Source: an uncultured Muribaculaceae bacterium
GTDB taxonomy: Bacteria; Bacillota_I; Bacilli_A; RF39; UBA660
Direction of reading: 5' to 3'
Length of the DNA stretch: 64,000 nucleotides
Assembly: GCA_964425325.1 (NCBI GenBank)
Contig: CAYRLX010000002.1
Location: forward strand, 14,611 to 78,610
Part shown: one piece after another, positions 29,580 through 39,715 of the stretch
Layout: every line of letters starts with the position of its first letter
Position numbering within the stretch: the stretch's first letter is position 1
Translations under genes and position numbers: made by a program
Notes under the pieces: generated by a model
The model's input: only the letters and a program-made list of their open reading frames with translations
What the model was told of the DNA's origin: nothing
The model's database searches: none

Positions 29580-30027
29580 TTTGAATACAACCTACGGACT
29601 GTAATGGTTCGTGAGTTTTTATTTTGTAATCCCGTAGTCTGCTTGAAAGCTGTGCTTGTCAGATATAAAGATAATGTTCTCTTTCTAGGAAGGAAGACAT
29701 TTTTATGTAGATGGAATTATAAGTTGTCCATATTTTGAAGATGATAGTTTAGTTAATGTTTTAGTATTAATTCCTAAAACTGAAGTATAAAAAGTATAAA
29801 AATATCATATGAAATTATATTAATTAATAGTATAGCCAGCACTGAATTTGTATATACAAATTTTAATGTTATGGGGAGACTCCCCAATCCCCTAATCATT
29901 CTAAAACCACTCACAAAAATGAGTGGCTTAAATTTAAAAATACACATATTATTTTAGCAAATTATATCAGTTTCATAAAAAGATATATTATGTTTGTAGC
30001 TTTATAAACTTATATATAAATAGATGA

Positions 30028-31203
30028 CTATTTTTCTGGTTTTATTGGTTTTCTAATCACACTACTAATTGCATATAATTCTAATAAAACACCAAATAAG
30101 AAAAAAACAATTATTCCCCTTTTATCATGCTTGGTTAAATTTTTTATATTTCCATTTTTGATTTTATATACTGTTATTTTATCACCAATATTAGGTAATT
30201 CTCTAACAGTTTGTTCTTCAGTCTGGAAGGTGACATTATTTCCTATATAATTTACGGTAATATCGCGATAATAAAAATTATCACTATTTTCCACTTTTAC
30301 GTCTTTTGTATTAATAACAACTGTTTCATAGGAATAAAGATAAAAATTATAAGAACTAGCTCCTAAAAATACAAATATAAAGCATACCAGTCCAGCTAAA
30401 CTTGAACTAATAAATGGATAATTTAAAAATCTATTTTTATTATTGAATTTTTTTACAATTATAGAGTCATTTTCCCTTATCATACCTTTTTTTAAATTAT
30501 CTCTAGTAATTACTACTATATCATCCTTTGCTAAATACTTATTATTTTTCTCTACTACAGAATAAATATTCCCATCAATATTAATAACATTATTACCATT
30601 TATCTTTTCTATCTTACAAACTTTATCAATTATATAATGTATACTCCTAGTATTAATTTTTTTATCACCATAAAACATAGTACCATTTTGAGTTGAATCA
30701 AAATAACTATCTGTTATATAAACATTCTCACCATTTTTAAAATTATCTGGATTAAAATTCATAACAAAGTTTATAAATAATGGAATTCCTTTTACAACCC
30801 CTATAATAAAAGGAATAAAAAATATTGTAAACATAATCAAAAGTTCTGAGTGATCAAATATAAAATGAAAATTAGGAAATATGCTTATAACAAAAATACC
30901 AGATAAAACTATAATAACAGATAAACAAAGAATTCTTTTTTTAACAATAACTGACTTTATAACAAAAACAGTATTATTTATTAAATGAGAGAAAATGAAA
31001 TATGAAATTATTATACAAATAAAGAATATTACCAAGCTATGAATAATTGAAAATCCACAAATAGATGCAATCAATCCGCCTATACAACCAAAAAACATAT
31101 TTTGAGAATTCTCAAACCAATAGGTTTTATCTTGCAATATAGTTCCTATTAAACTTATTCCCATGAGAATTAATAATATACCAACAAAAAAATAATGTAC
31201 CAC
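30028..31203 (-). CDS. hypothetical polytopic membrane protein (391 aa)
   Basis: Multiple hydrophobic helices surround a soluble central domain. Confidence 0.5.
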   Translation of the reverse strand: MVHYFFVGILLILMGISLIGTILQDKTYWFENSQNMFFGCIGGLIASICGFSIIHSLVIFFICIIISYFIFSHLINNTVFVIKSVIVKKRILCLSVIIVLSGIFVISIFPNFHFIFDHSELLIMFTIFFIPFIIGVVKGIPLFINFVMNFNPDNFKNGENVYITDSYFDSTQNGTMFYGDKKINTRSIHYIIDKVCKIEKINGNNVINIDGNIYSVVEKNNKYLAKDDIVVITRDNLKKGMIRENDSIIVKKFNNKNRFLNYPFISSSLAGLVCFIFVFLGASSYNFYLYSYETVVINTKDVKVENSDNFYYRDITVNYIGNNVTFQTEEQTVRELPNIGDKITVYKIKNGNIKNLTKHDKRGIIVFFLFGVLLELYAISSVIRKPIKPEK

Positions 31204-31384
31204 TTTGATTCAACTCCTCTATTTTAATAATTTTATTTTACCATTTATCGATTTATAATTGAAGATTGTTACTGATTATTTTAAATAAATTCACCGATAT
31301 TAAGTATATTATTGTAAAGAATAATTAGAATGTTATATAATTGTATTGAAAGACAACTAGTTCGTAAGCTGTATGTTATTCGAT

Positions 31385-31612
31385 CCAAGTTGATAGTAAG
31401 TTCAAACTATAAAAGTTTGAACTTTTTTAGTGCCACTACTATTTTTAATATTATAATACCATCTACTTATTCTGATAAAAAAATTAATAACATTTGAGTG
31501 TTTTGGACTATGTAAAATAAAAATGTAAAGCACAATTTTTTATAATGATGATTAAATAATTTTAATCATATATATGATAAAATATATTTGTAGAAAATAG
31601 GAGGTAAAAATT
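31385..31612 (+). repeat. Copy 1 of a duplicated about 225-nt terminator plus promoter plus RBS cassette
   Basis: About 85% identical to 32495-32714. Contains the hairpin agttcaaactataaaagtttgaactttttt and a TATAAT box. Confidence 0.7.
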
Positions 31613-32320
31613 ATGGAAAGTAAAAGTACAGGAAAAACTGTAGCAATAGTTATTTTATTACTCGCAGTATTAGGATTAGGGGGATATATCATTTATGATA
31701 AAGCATTAATAAAAGAAACTAAGAAGACCGAAAAGACAACAAATACAGTTGAAGAAAAGAATGATAATGATGCATTGAATAACGATTTAGCATTAGGACT
31801 TGGACAGTCATTATATAGCGATGCAATGGATTTATATAATCAATGTACAGTTGGTGATGGAAACAATATGTTTTATTATTCTAACGGCAAAATGCGTCCG
31901 GCTACTCAAAATGATGGAAATAATGGAACCGAAAGTAATGGTTGGCTGTACTATTTGATCTCATCAGATAAGACTAATAAACTAACACAAAATGCTGCTG
32001 ATAATTACAAAAAACTTAAAGGAATATTGTTTTATGAAAATGAGTATTATGTAAGCGATGGATGGGGAGATTGTTTGCAAGGAAGAATGTCAAATCTTTC
32101 AAAATTATTAGTTAAAAATATATCAAAAAATAAGATTGAATATGATGTAACTGAATACTATTGTAAAAATTTAGAAAATTATGACAAATGTGAAAAAAAT
32201 GATAAAACTTATTTAAATGAAATCAAAACAACCTTTGTAATTACTAATGAAAACAACAAATGGAAAATTGATAAATATGAAGATTCATCAAATAAAAATT
32301 ACGAATTAAATAATCAATAA
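31613..32320 (+). CDS. hypothetical membrane-anchored or secreted protein (235 aa)
   Basis: AGGAGG RBS. N-terminal hydrophobic anchor VAIVILLLAVLGLGGYIIY. Confidence 0.5.
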   Translation: MESKSTGKTVAIVILLLAVLGLGGYIIYDKALIKETKKTEKTTNTVEEKNDNDALNNDLALGLGQSLYSDAMDLYNQCTVGDGNNMFYYSNGKMRPATQNDGNNGTESNGWLYYLISSDKTNKLTQNAADNYKKLKGILFYENEYYVSDGWGDCLQGRMSNLSKLLVKNISKNKIEYDVTEYYCKNLENYDKCEKNDKTYLNEIKTTFVITNENNKWKIDKYEDSSNKNYELNNQ

Positions 32321-32494
32321 CTAAAGATATAACAAATACTATAAGACACTTTGGCATCATGCTGTGTTTTGATAAAGTTAATAACAGTATATAAAAAGAT
32401 TTTTTAAAATATAAATTAATAAATATGTTAGTAAATCTAATTACTAATATTTGGACTTGTGAAAAAGTTGTTGTACTTCTTCTTTACCTGCTCC

Positions 32495-32714
32495 AGGTTG
32501 ATAATAAGTTCAAACTTTCATAGTTTGAACTTTTTTAGTGCCACTACTATTTTTAATATTGTAATATCATCTACTTATCCTAATAAATATTTATGTATTT
32601 TTGAGCTATGTAAAATAAAAATGTAAAGTACAATTTTTTATAATGATGATTATATAATTTTAATTATATCTATGATAAAATATTATTGTAAAGAAAATAG
32701 GAAGGTGTGAAATA
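32495..32714 (+). repeat. Copy 2 of the duplicated terminator plus promoter cassette
   Basis: See 31385-31612. Confidence 0.7.
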
Positions 32715-33206
32715 ATGAAAAAAACATTAACAATTATTTTAATTTTTATATTATTAATAGGGTGTGGATTATTGGGATACTCTACTTATACTTTAAAGGA
32801 AGACAGTACAAAATACAAAAACGAAATAGATGATTACAAATCACAATTGCAACAATTACAAAAAGAAAATACAACAAGCCAGCAAGAAAATAATGAAAAA
32901 GAAATTACTGATTGTTCTAAAATAGTAAAAGGAAGTTCATATGTTGTTGAAAATAGTGGTAATGATGGTTCAAATGGTGGACCAATTACTGAAAAAACAT
33001 CAATGACATTTGGAAACGATAATAAAGTTAATCAAGTTGCTGGTACTAGCGCTTGGGAAGAAAATTATTCAATTAATAACAATGTAATTACATTTGAAAA
33101 TAATGGAACTAAGTCTTATGGAATTATATCTCAAGATTGTAAAATCATATACACAATTGATACACAATTAAATCCTGCTGTAAAAGTATATCAAAAAAAT
33201 AAATAA
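32715..33206 (+). CDS. hypothetical lipoprotein-like secreted protein (163 aa)
   Basis: N-terminal signal with LIGC lipobox-like motif. Confidence 0.5.
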   Translation: MKKTLTIILIFILLIGCGLLGYSTYTLKEDSTKYKNEIDDYKSQLQQLQKENTTSQQENNEKEITDCSKIVKGSSYVVENSGNDGSNGGPITEKTSMTFGNDNKVNQVAGTSAWEENYSINNNVITFENNGTKSYGIISQDCKIIYTIDTQLNPAVKVYQKNK

Positions 33207-33242
33207 ATATTTAATAATTTGTAATGAATTAATATAAATTAT

Positions 33243-33809
33243 TTATTTAAAAATATTTAAACATCCTAATTGAACTACTTTTTTTTTCTTTTTTATAGGC
33301 AATTCTTTTACCCAATTATAAATATCCATATTGCTTTTTTTTATTTCTTCTTCAATTTCATCAGAAGTTTTTTTTTGATTTCCATTATAAAAAGAAATAT
33401 ATTTTTCAATACCTTTCACACTTTTTGATTCGTCTATAAACCACTCTTTTCTATTATCATCCCACTTTTTAGTTCTATTAAAACCATTAGGAAGATTATC
33501 AAATAAATAAGCATATTTAAAATTAATATAAATTCTAGTATCTATATCTGAAAAATATAATATACTCTCATTAGCCTTTTGCACCAAATCATAGTCTTTT
33601 ATTTTATTTACTTTTATTATTTTTTTAATATCATTATTATTACATTTAACTTTATGTATAAAATTACTATAATGACCTTGACAGCAGTATTCAGTAATAT
33701 AACCTTTTTTATTTAATAAAATAATACTATCAGCCATTAGTTCATCAACCTCAAAAATATTATTTTCTATTTCAAAAGTTTCACTATTTATGTATTTTTT
33801 CATTTTCAT
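33243..33809 (-). CDS. hypothetical protein (188 aa)
   Basis: ORF only. Confidence 0.4.
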   Translation of the reverse strand: MKMKKYINSETFEIENNIFEVDELMADSIILLNKKGYITEYCCQGHYSNFIHKVKCNNNDIKKIIKVNKIKDYDLVQKANESILYFSDIDTRIYINFKYAYLFDNLPNGFNRTKKWDDNRKEWFIDESKSVKGIEKYISFYNGNQKKTSDEIEEEIKKSNMDIYNWVKELPIKKKKKVVQLGCLNIFK

Positions 33810-33950
33810 TGCTTCCCTCTACATTTATCTTTTAAAATTTATGATAAAAGATTTATATTCATCTAAAATGCTTTTTTGATTTTGTTTCTAAATTACTTTT
33901 ATTTTCAGTTTAACAATTTACTTGATTCATTAACCTATTAGAATAACTTA

Positions 33951-34952
33951 TTAATTCATTTTTTCTAAAACATAATAACAAACTACAAATCCACCAAAAA
34001 CATAATCTCCAGATTTCCATTCTATTATCATGTATTCTTTGCCGCTTATAGTTTTTAATTCATACTTGCATGCAGTATCATCATAACAAAGATTATAAAT
34101 ATAGTCTTTTGTATATGATGATTTTTTAATTTCCCCATCCGAAAAATTAATTGTAACCTTTGCGTCTGGACTAACAGATATATCAGTTAAATATAATTCA
34201 CCCGGATATTGTTTGACTTCTGGATTAAAATTATCTTTGTTAAATATACAGTCTATAGATTTCCAAAAACCAACTATATTCTTGTCTTCTATAAATTTCA
34301 AATTAATATTATCTTTTATACGGATATCTTCAGGATTATATTCTTTATTATCTATTTTTTTATAAACTGCTATTTTACTTTCGTCAAAATTACTGTTTAT
34401 AGTAACATACATCTTGTCATCTATTATTTCGTATGGATCTTCTACTCCATTGATTTTAATAATTCCTTTTGTCCATGAAATAACCCAATATTCCTTTCCA
34501 TTTGGCATAAGATATAATTCTTTAATTTTAAAATCATCAGGGATAAACTCTTCTTTTTTTGCACTTTCCATATTTTCTGCAATTCCAACTAACTGCCATT
34601 TTCCAATAGCATTTTCATCATTAATAAATCTCATTTCTAAAACTTCCTTTCCTTTGAAGGATAACTCTTTTAATATAGTAAGTTTTCTTTTTAAATCTTT
34701 TACCTTTTCATTATAATCTTTTATTTTATTTTTTACCTCTTCTTCACTAAAATTTTTTATTTCGTCTAATGAAAAACCTAAATCTTTAAGTGACAATATC
34801 TCATTCATTCTATCTACATTTTCTTCACTAAAATACCTATAACCTGTATAAATATCAACATAAGCAGGAATAAGTAATCCTACTTCTTCATAATATCTTA
34901 CAGTCTTTAATGTCACATCAAATAATTTAGCAAATTCTCCTATTTTTATCAT
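33951..34952 (-). CDS. MerR-family transcriptional regulator with a large C-terminal domain
   Basis: N-terminal HTH MIKIGEFAKLFDVTLKTVRYYEEVGLLIP. Confidence 0.7.
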   Translation of the reverse strand: MIKIGEFAKLFDVTLKTVRYYEEVGLLIPAYVDIYTGYRYFSEENVDRMNEILSLKDLGFSLDEIKNFSEEEVKNKIKDYNEKVKDLKRKLTILKELSFKGKEVLEMRFINDENAIGKWQLVGIAENMESAKKEEFIPDDFKIKELYLMPNGKEYWVISWTKGIIKINGVEDPYEIIDDKMYVTINSNFDESKIAVYKKIDNKEYNPEDIRIKDNINLKFIEDKNIVGFWKSIDCIFNKDNFNPEVKQYPGELYLTDISVSPDAKVTINFSDGEIKKSSYTKDYIYNLCYDDTACKYELKTISGKEYMIIEWKSGDYVFGGFVVCYYVLEKMN

Positions 34953-34973
34953 AAAAAGTCCTCCTTCACTTAG

Positions 34974-35004
34974 AATATATCATTAACCTTAAGGTAAGAG
35001 TCAA
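34974..35004 (-). promoter_or_regulatory. MerR-type promoter with a 19-bp spacer and the perfect dyad ACCTTAAGGT
   Basis: On the minus strand: TTGACT, then cttaccttaaggttaatga, then TATATT. The start codon lies 22 nt downstream. Confidence 0.6.
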
Positions 35005-35117
35005 TATCTGTATTTTATCTACAATAATTATATCACATAGAGTTTATTAAATCATAATAATTATTTCTCTCTCCTAGTCATAAAATCATGTAAATAAAAA
35101 AAAAGTGAATAATTCAC

Positions 35118-35288
35118 TCTAAGATATTTGCATAATAACCAGATGAGCAGAAACAGAATTAGTTCCACCAGCTAATCCTTGTGGGCCTGTTGGTCCTATA
35201 ATTGCAAGCGGACAACAATTCTTTCCAATTTCACTGCAGTTATCTTTCCTATTACATCTTTTCATATTAAATATATCTTCTTGATCCA
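35118..35288 (-). CDS. Small Cys-rich peptide (56 aa) with a short collagen-like G-X-Y run (GPTGPQGLAGG)
   Basis: GGGAGG RBS 6 nt before the ATG. Translation MDQEDIFNMKRCNRKDNCSEIGKNCCPLAIIGPTGPQGLAGGTNSVSAHLVIMQIS. Not in the supplied ORF list because it is under 60 aa. Confidence 0.3.
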
Positions 35289-35353
35289 TACATAACCTCC
35301 CTTCAATTAATTCTAAATTATTATATGAGGTTATATATATTCAAAAACTACTA

Positions 35354-36439
35354 TTACACATTTTTATTACATTTATCCATAATTAATTTTAAATTTTTTT
35401 TAAGTCTCTCATCATTAGGAGACATTTTTAAAGCATTTTTCACATATTCTAAAGCCTCATCATAATCACCTAAATAATATAAACTTACAGAAAGCAAATC
35501 GTAAACCGTATTATCCCAACTAAATAACTCATTAATATAAGTCTTTTCATGCTCTTTTATATTAAGAGCAAGCTGGCAGTACTTTTTAACATCCTCATAA
35601 TTAGATAAATCATATTCCAAAATAGCCCTTTCCATATATGGGTCTCTTAAATAAGGAGCTTCTTCAATAGCTTTATCAAGCCACATTCTAGCTTCATCAT
35701 ATCTTTTAAGCTTTTTATAGCATCTTCCAATAAATCTCATAGAAGCGCACCTCTCATCCTTCCAAGTTGCTTTTTCTAAAGATAAATGACGAATTAAAGT
35801 ATCTATTGCCTCATTCCACATTCCATAATACATATATTCTCTTCCTAAATAATGCATATTTCTATCATCTAAAGGATCTTCCTCAACAGAAAGTTCAAGT
35901 AAAGGAAGATAACTACTCCTTGATTTCTTTTTATCAGGGTAATGATTTACGGTAATATCATCACAAATTTTTATATTTTCTTTTCCATCACCAATATATT
36001 TTAAAACCTCATGCACAGGATGAGTCCACTCATAGTCATTTCTACTATGTATCTTTTGAATATAAAAATTTACTAAAGGCCTCCCTGATTCATCCAAACT
36101 CCAATTGTAATTGTAAGAAAGTCTAGTAATCCCTTCACTCCAAACTTTCTCTAATTTCTTCCTCCAGCCTTTTTCGAAAACCTCATCCATGTCGCAACAC
36201 ACACACACGTCTGCATCCTGAGGAACCAACTTTAAAGACTCATTTCTAGCCACATCAAACCTCCAAGGAGAAATAATCTTAGAAATTACATTCACACCCA
36301 TTTTTTTTAACTTACTTACAGTATTATCAGTGGAACCAGTATCTAATACATATATCTCATCTGCTTCTTTCATAGAATCTACCCATCTTGATACAAATTT
36401 TTCTTCATTCTTACTAATCGCATATACACATACTTTCAT
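35354..36439 (-). CDS. family-2 glycosyltransferase fused to TPR repeats
   Basis: N-terminal GT-A segment VYAISKNEEKFVSRWVDSM...VLDTGSTDNT...DMDE. C-terminal TPR-like repeats. Confidence 0.7.
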   Translation of the reverse strand: MKVCVYAISKNEEKFVSRWVDSMKEADEIYVLDTGSTDNTVSKLKKMGVNVISKIISPWRFDVARNESLKLVPQDADVCVCCDMDEVFEKGWRKKLEKVWSEGITRLSYNYNWSLDESGRPLVNFYIQKIHSRNDYEWTHPVHEVLKYIGDGKENIKICDDITVNHYPDKKKSRSSYLPLLELSVEEDPLDDRNMHYLGREYMYYGMWNEAIDTLIRHLSLEKATWKDERCASMRFIGRCYKKLKRYDEARMWLDKAIEEAPYLRDPYMERAILEYDLSNYEDVKKYCQLALNIKEHEKTYINELFSWDNTVYDLLSVSLYYLGDYDEALEYVKNALKMSPNDERLKKNLKLIMDKCNKNV

Positions 36440-36634
36440 AAATACACCTCAGTAATTTTTTATGCTAAAAGATAAAAAAATTTAATAAAAAATATTTTTT
36501 TAAAATTTTTAAATAACTAAAATGCATTTATTTTCAAAGGCTGCATATACTATAAATAGGAGAATTTACACAATTTGACATGACTGTTTTATTTTGATAA
36601 AATTTAATTGAGACGTGAGAAAAGGAGAGTTATT

Positions 36635-37717
36635 ATGATTTCAGAAAAAGATCCTGTGTCGGTCGTTTCAAAGAAAAATAAAACAAAAAGAAATATGAAG
36701 AAAAAAAGAACATTTATTATAGGTTTAGTATTCTTATTTACATTTACAACATATGTTGCTAACGCAGTTCACGTAAAACATACCTATGACAACATGAAAA
36801 TATCTTTTACAAGCGTTAAAGAAATAGAATATGGAACAGCTAACTATAATCCAATGGATTTAGTTAAAAAAGTAAAAGATGGAAAAATAAAGAAATATAC
36901 AAAAACTATTGATACAACTAAATTAGGTAAACAAGAATTAGTCTTCGAAGTAGAAAAAGAAGGCGTAGTTAGAACATATAAAATAGAAGTAAATGTAAAA
37001 GATACTGTAGCCCCAGAAATTAAATTAAATAACGAAGAAGTTACAATTACAGCAGGTGACGAATTTGACGTAAAAAGCAATATTCAATCAGTTAATGACC
37101 TAGTTGATGGAGATATAGCTTATACAGAGAATAAAGAAGAAGAAAATGCACACTATATAGTAGAAACAGACTTCAAAAACGAACCTGGTGAATATACTGT
37201 TAATATTAATGCAGTAGATTCAAACAACAATGCAACTTCATCAAATTATAAAATTAAAGTTAACCCTAAACCAGTAGTAGTTCCAGTTCAAAGAACTCAA
37301 ACAAATACAACTACTAACCAAAATTACTACTCAGGTCCAGCTTCAGTAGATACATCAAACGTTATATCAGCTGCCAAATCATTAATTGGAGTAAGATATA
37401 CATCAGGTGGTACTAACCCAAATAGTGGATTTGACTGTAGCGGATTCGTACAATACGTGTACGGAGCTGTTGGTAAAAGTATTAGTAGAAGTTCATCAAC
37501 ACAACTTGGAAACGGAGCTGCCGTTAGTGAATCAGACTTGCAAGCTGGAGATATAATTATTTGGGCAAACAATGGTAGTAATAGCGCCGCTCACTCATCA
37601 ATTTATGCAGGTGACGGAACAATTATCCATGCAACAAGTAATAAAGGTGTTCAGCAATCAAGCTTAAACAACTGGAAAAACTGGGGACAACACATAATAG
37701 GAATAAGAAGAGTCTAA
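36635..37717 (+). CDS. NlpC/P60 family cell-wall peptidase with an N-terminal TM anchor and an Ig-like domain
   Basis: AAAGGAG RBS before ATGATT. C-terminal GFDCSGFVQYVY...H is the NlpC/P60 Cys-His core. Confidence 0.8.
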   Translation: MISEKDPVSVVSKKNKTKRNMKKKRTFIIGLVFLFTFTTYVANAVHVKHTYDNMKISFTSVKEIEYGTANYNPMDLVKKVKDGKIKKYTKTIDTTKLGKQELVFEVEKEGVVRTYKIEVNVKDTVAPEIKLNNEEVTITAGDEFDVKSNIQSVNDLVDGDIAYTENKEEENAHYIVETDFKNEPGEYTVNINAVDSNNNATSSNYKIKVNPKPVVVPVQRTQTNTTTNQNYYSGPASVDTSNVISAAKSLIGVRYTSGGTNPNSGFDCSGFVQYVYGAVGKSISRSSSTQLGNGAAVSESDLQAGDIIIWANNGSNSAAHSSIYAGDGTIIHATSNKGVQQSSLNNWKNWGQHIIGIRRV

Positions 37718-37759
37718 GGACTCTTTTTTTATATATAAAAAGCTAAAGAAAAACTTTAG

Positions 37760-38899
37760 CTAAAATTTAATAATCCTCTCCCAAGGTAATTCATCTTTTC
37801 CAAAATGCCCATAATTAGTAGTTAATTTATAAATAGGTCTTTGTAAATCAAAATAATCTATAATACCCTTAGGAGTTAAATCAAAATTATCATTAATCTT
37901 ATCAATTATCTCTTCATTAGAAATACTTCCAGTGCCAAAAGTATCAACAAATATAGATATAGGCCTAGCAACCCCAATCGCATAAGAAAGCTGAATTTCA
38001 CATCTTCTAGCATATCCATTAGCTACGATATTTTTAGCAATATGTCTAGCCATATAAGAAGCTGACCTATCAACCTTAGTCGCATCTTTACCAGAAAAAG
38101 CTCCTCCTCCATGCCTAGCATAACCACCATAAGTGTCAACAATTATCTTTCTTCCAGTAAGACCACTATCACCTAAAGGACCCCCTATAGTAAATCTTCC
38201 AGTAGGATTAATTAAATACTTAGTATTATTAAGTAAATTATTTGGTATAACTTCTTCGATAACCAAAGAAACTATTTTCTTCTTTAATATAGATAATTGG
38301 GCCAAAGAAGAGTGCTGAACAGAAATAACTATTGTATCAATACGAGTAGGCTTATCACCATCATATTCTATAGTAACCTGGGCTTTACCATCAGGTCCAA
38401 GACCCTCTATAATGTTATTTTTTCGAACATAAGAAAGCCTTTTAGTAAGCTTGTGAGCTAAACTAATGGCAAGAGGCATATACTCATCTGTCTCATCAGT
38501 AGCATATCCAAACATGATACCTTGATCTCCTGCTCCAAAAGAACATACCTCTTCCCCATTTTTATCCTCTAAAGACCTATCAACTCCAAGAGCAATATCA
38601 GCTGACTGCTTAGATACATTGATAATAACATCACAAGTCATCCAATCTATATCTATTCCCTTACCAAAATAACCTATTTTTTTAATAGTATCCCTTACAA
38701 CCTTTTCAATATCGACATAAGCCTTAGAAGTAATCTCACCAGTTACAAATATAGTATCTTTACCAGCGACAACCTCACAGCCTACTCTAGAAGACTTATC
38801 CTTTTCTAAATAAGCATCCAAAATACTATCAGAAATTAAATCACATAGCTTATCAGGATGCCCTTCGCACACACTCTCAGAAGTAAAATATTTTTTCAT
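37760..38899 (-). CDS. metK: S-adenosylmethionine synthetase
   Basis: [29 protein letters not shown] and GGGAFSGKD motifs. Confidence 0.9.
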   Translation of the reverse strand: MKKYFTSESVCEGHPDKLCDLISDSILDAYLEKDKSSRVGCEVVAGKDTIFVTGEITSKAYVDIEKVVRDTIKKIGYFGKGIDIDWMTCDVIINVSKQSADIALGVDRSLEDKNGEEVCSFGAGDQGIMFGYATDETDEYMPLAISLAHKLTKRLSYVRKNNIIEGLGPDGKAQVTIEYDGDKPTRIDTIVISVQHSSLAQLSILKKKIVSLVIEEVIPNNLLNNTKYLINPTGRFTIGGPLGDSGLTGRKIIVDTYGGYARHGGGAFSGKDATKVDRSASYMARHIAKNIVANGYARRCEIQLSYAIGVARPISIFVDTFGTGSISNEEIIDKINDNFDLTPKGIIDYFDLQRPIYKLTTNYGHFGKDELPWERIIKF

Positions 38900-38929
38900 A
38901 AAATCAAATCCTTTCCTATATATGTAACC

Positions 38930-39075
38930 AAGAAAAAAAGGCCTTATAGCACTATAAAGACCTTTTATTATTATCAGTCAAAGTACTATATACTTTGTCG
39001 GTTTTAGCACCTAACTTAAATAGGTTGCTGTGGAGTCATAGAGCCGAATCTCTCGTCCACTCTTGATAACATATA
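38930..39075 (-). promoter_or_regulatory. SAM-I (S-box) riboswitch with a terminator, upstream of metK
   Basis: On the minus strand: uuaucaagagUGGacgagaGAuucGGCucuAUGAcuCCacaGCAACC...GGUGCuaaaaccgacaa. Then the terminator aaggucuuuauagugcuauaaggccuuuuuuu. Confidence 0.7.
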
Positions 39076-39108
39076 TTAACTAAATTATAAATTTTTACGG
39101 GCTGAAAG

Positions 39109-39381
39109 TCAAGCCCTATTAACCTTTTCTACCTCATATAGTTCAAACCTATACTTTTGCTTCACATCAGGATATTTTTCATGATCAACTTCACTTAAAA
39201 ACATGTCATAAGGTCTTACCCATAAATTATTTTCCCCATATAATTCTCTGTATACAATACATTTTTCACCAGTTTCCGAAAACGTTGCAATTCCTTCAAC
39301 TAAATACAAATCACCTTTAAAATGCTTGTATATTCTATTAACTTCTATATTTCTCATATTAATCCTTATAAACCTCTTCAA
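39109..39381 (-). CDS. DUF1653-like small protein
   Basis: YKHFKGDLY motif in a 90-aa ORF. Confidence 0.5.
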   Translation of the reverse strand: MKRFIRINMRNIEVNRIYKHFKGDLYLVEGIATFSETGEKCIVYRELYGENNLWVRPYDMFLSEVDHEKYPDVKQKYRFELYEVEKVNRA

Positions 39382-39676
39382 TCATAGGAAAAGTACTCCA
39401 AGCCTTAGGCCACCCACAGTAAAAAGCAAGCTGAGTAATAGCTTCTACTACTTCTTCTTTAGTAAGACCATGTTCTTTTCCCATAATTAAATGACTTTTA
39501 AGCTGAGGATAAAGCCCGGCAGAAAATAAAGCAGAAATTGTAATTAAACTTCTATCCCTTAAAGAAAGCTTATCCTCTCTACTCCAAACCTCTCCAAATA
39601 AAACATCATCATTAAGCTCTGCAAACTTAGGAGCAAGCTCACCAAGTCTTTCTCTTCCAGCAGTTTGTTTTTTCAT
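39359..39676 (-). CDS. carboxymuconolactone decarboxylase (CMD/AhpD-like) family protein
   Basis: LTKEEVVEAITQLAFYCGWPKAWS segment. Confidence 0.65.
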   Translation of the reverse strand: MKKQTAGRERLGELAPKFAELNDDVLFGEVWSREDKLSLRDRSLITISALFSAGLYPQLKSHLIMGKEHGLTKEEVVEAITQLAFYCGWPKAWSTFPMIEEVYKD

Positions 39677-39715
39677 AATATCAATCCTTTCTAAATATCA
39701 CTTTTAGTATATCAT

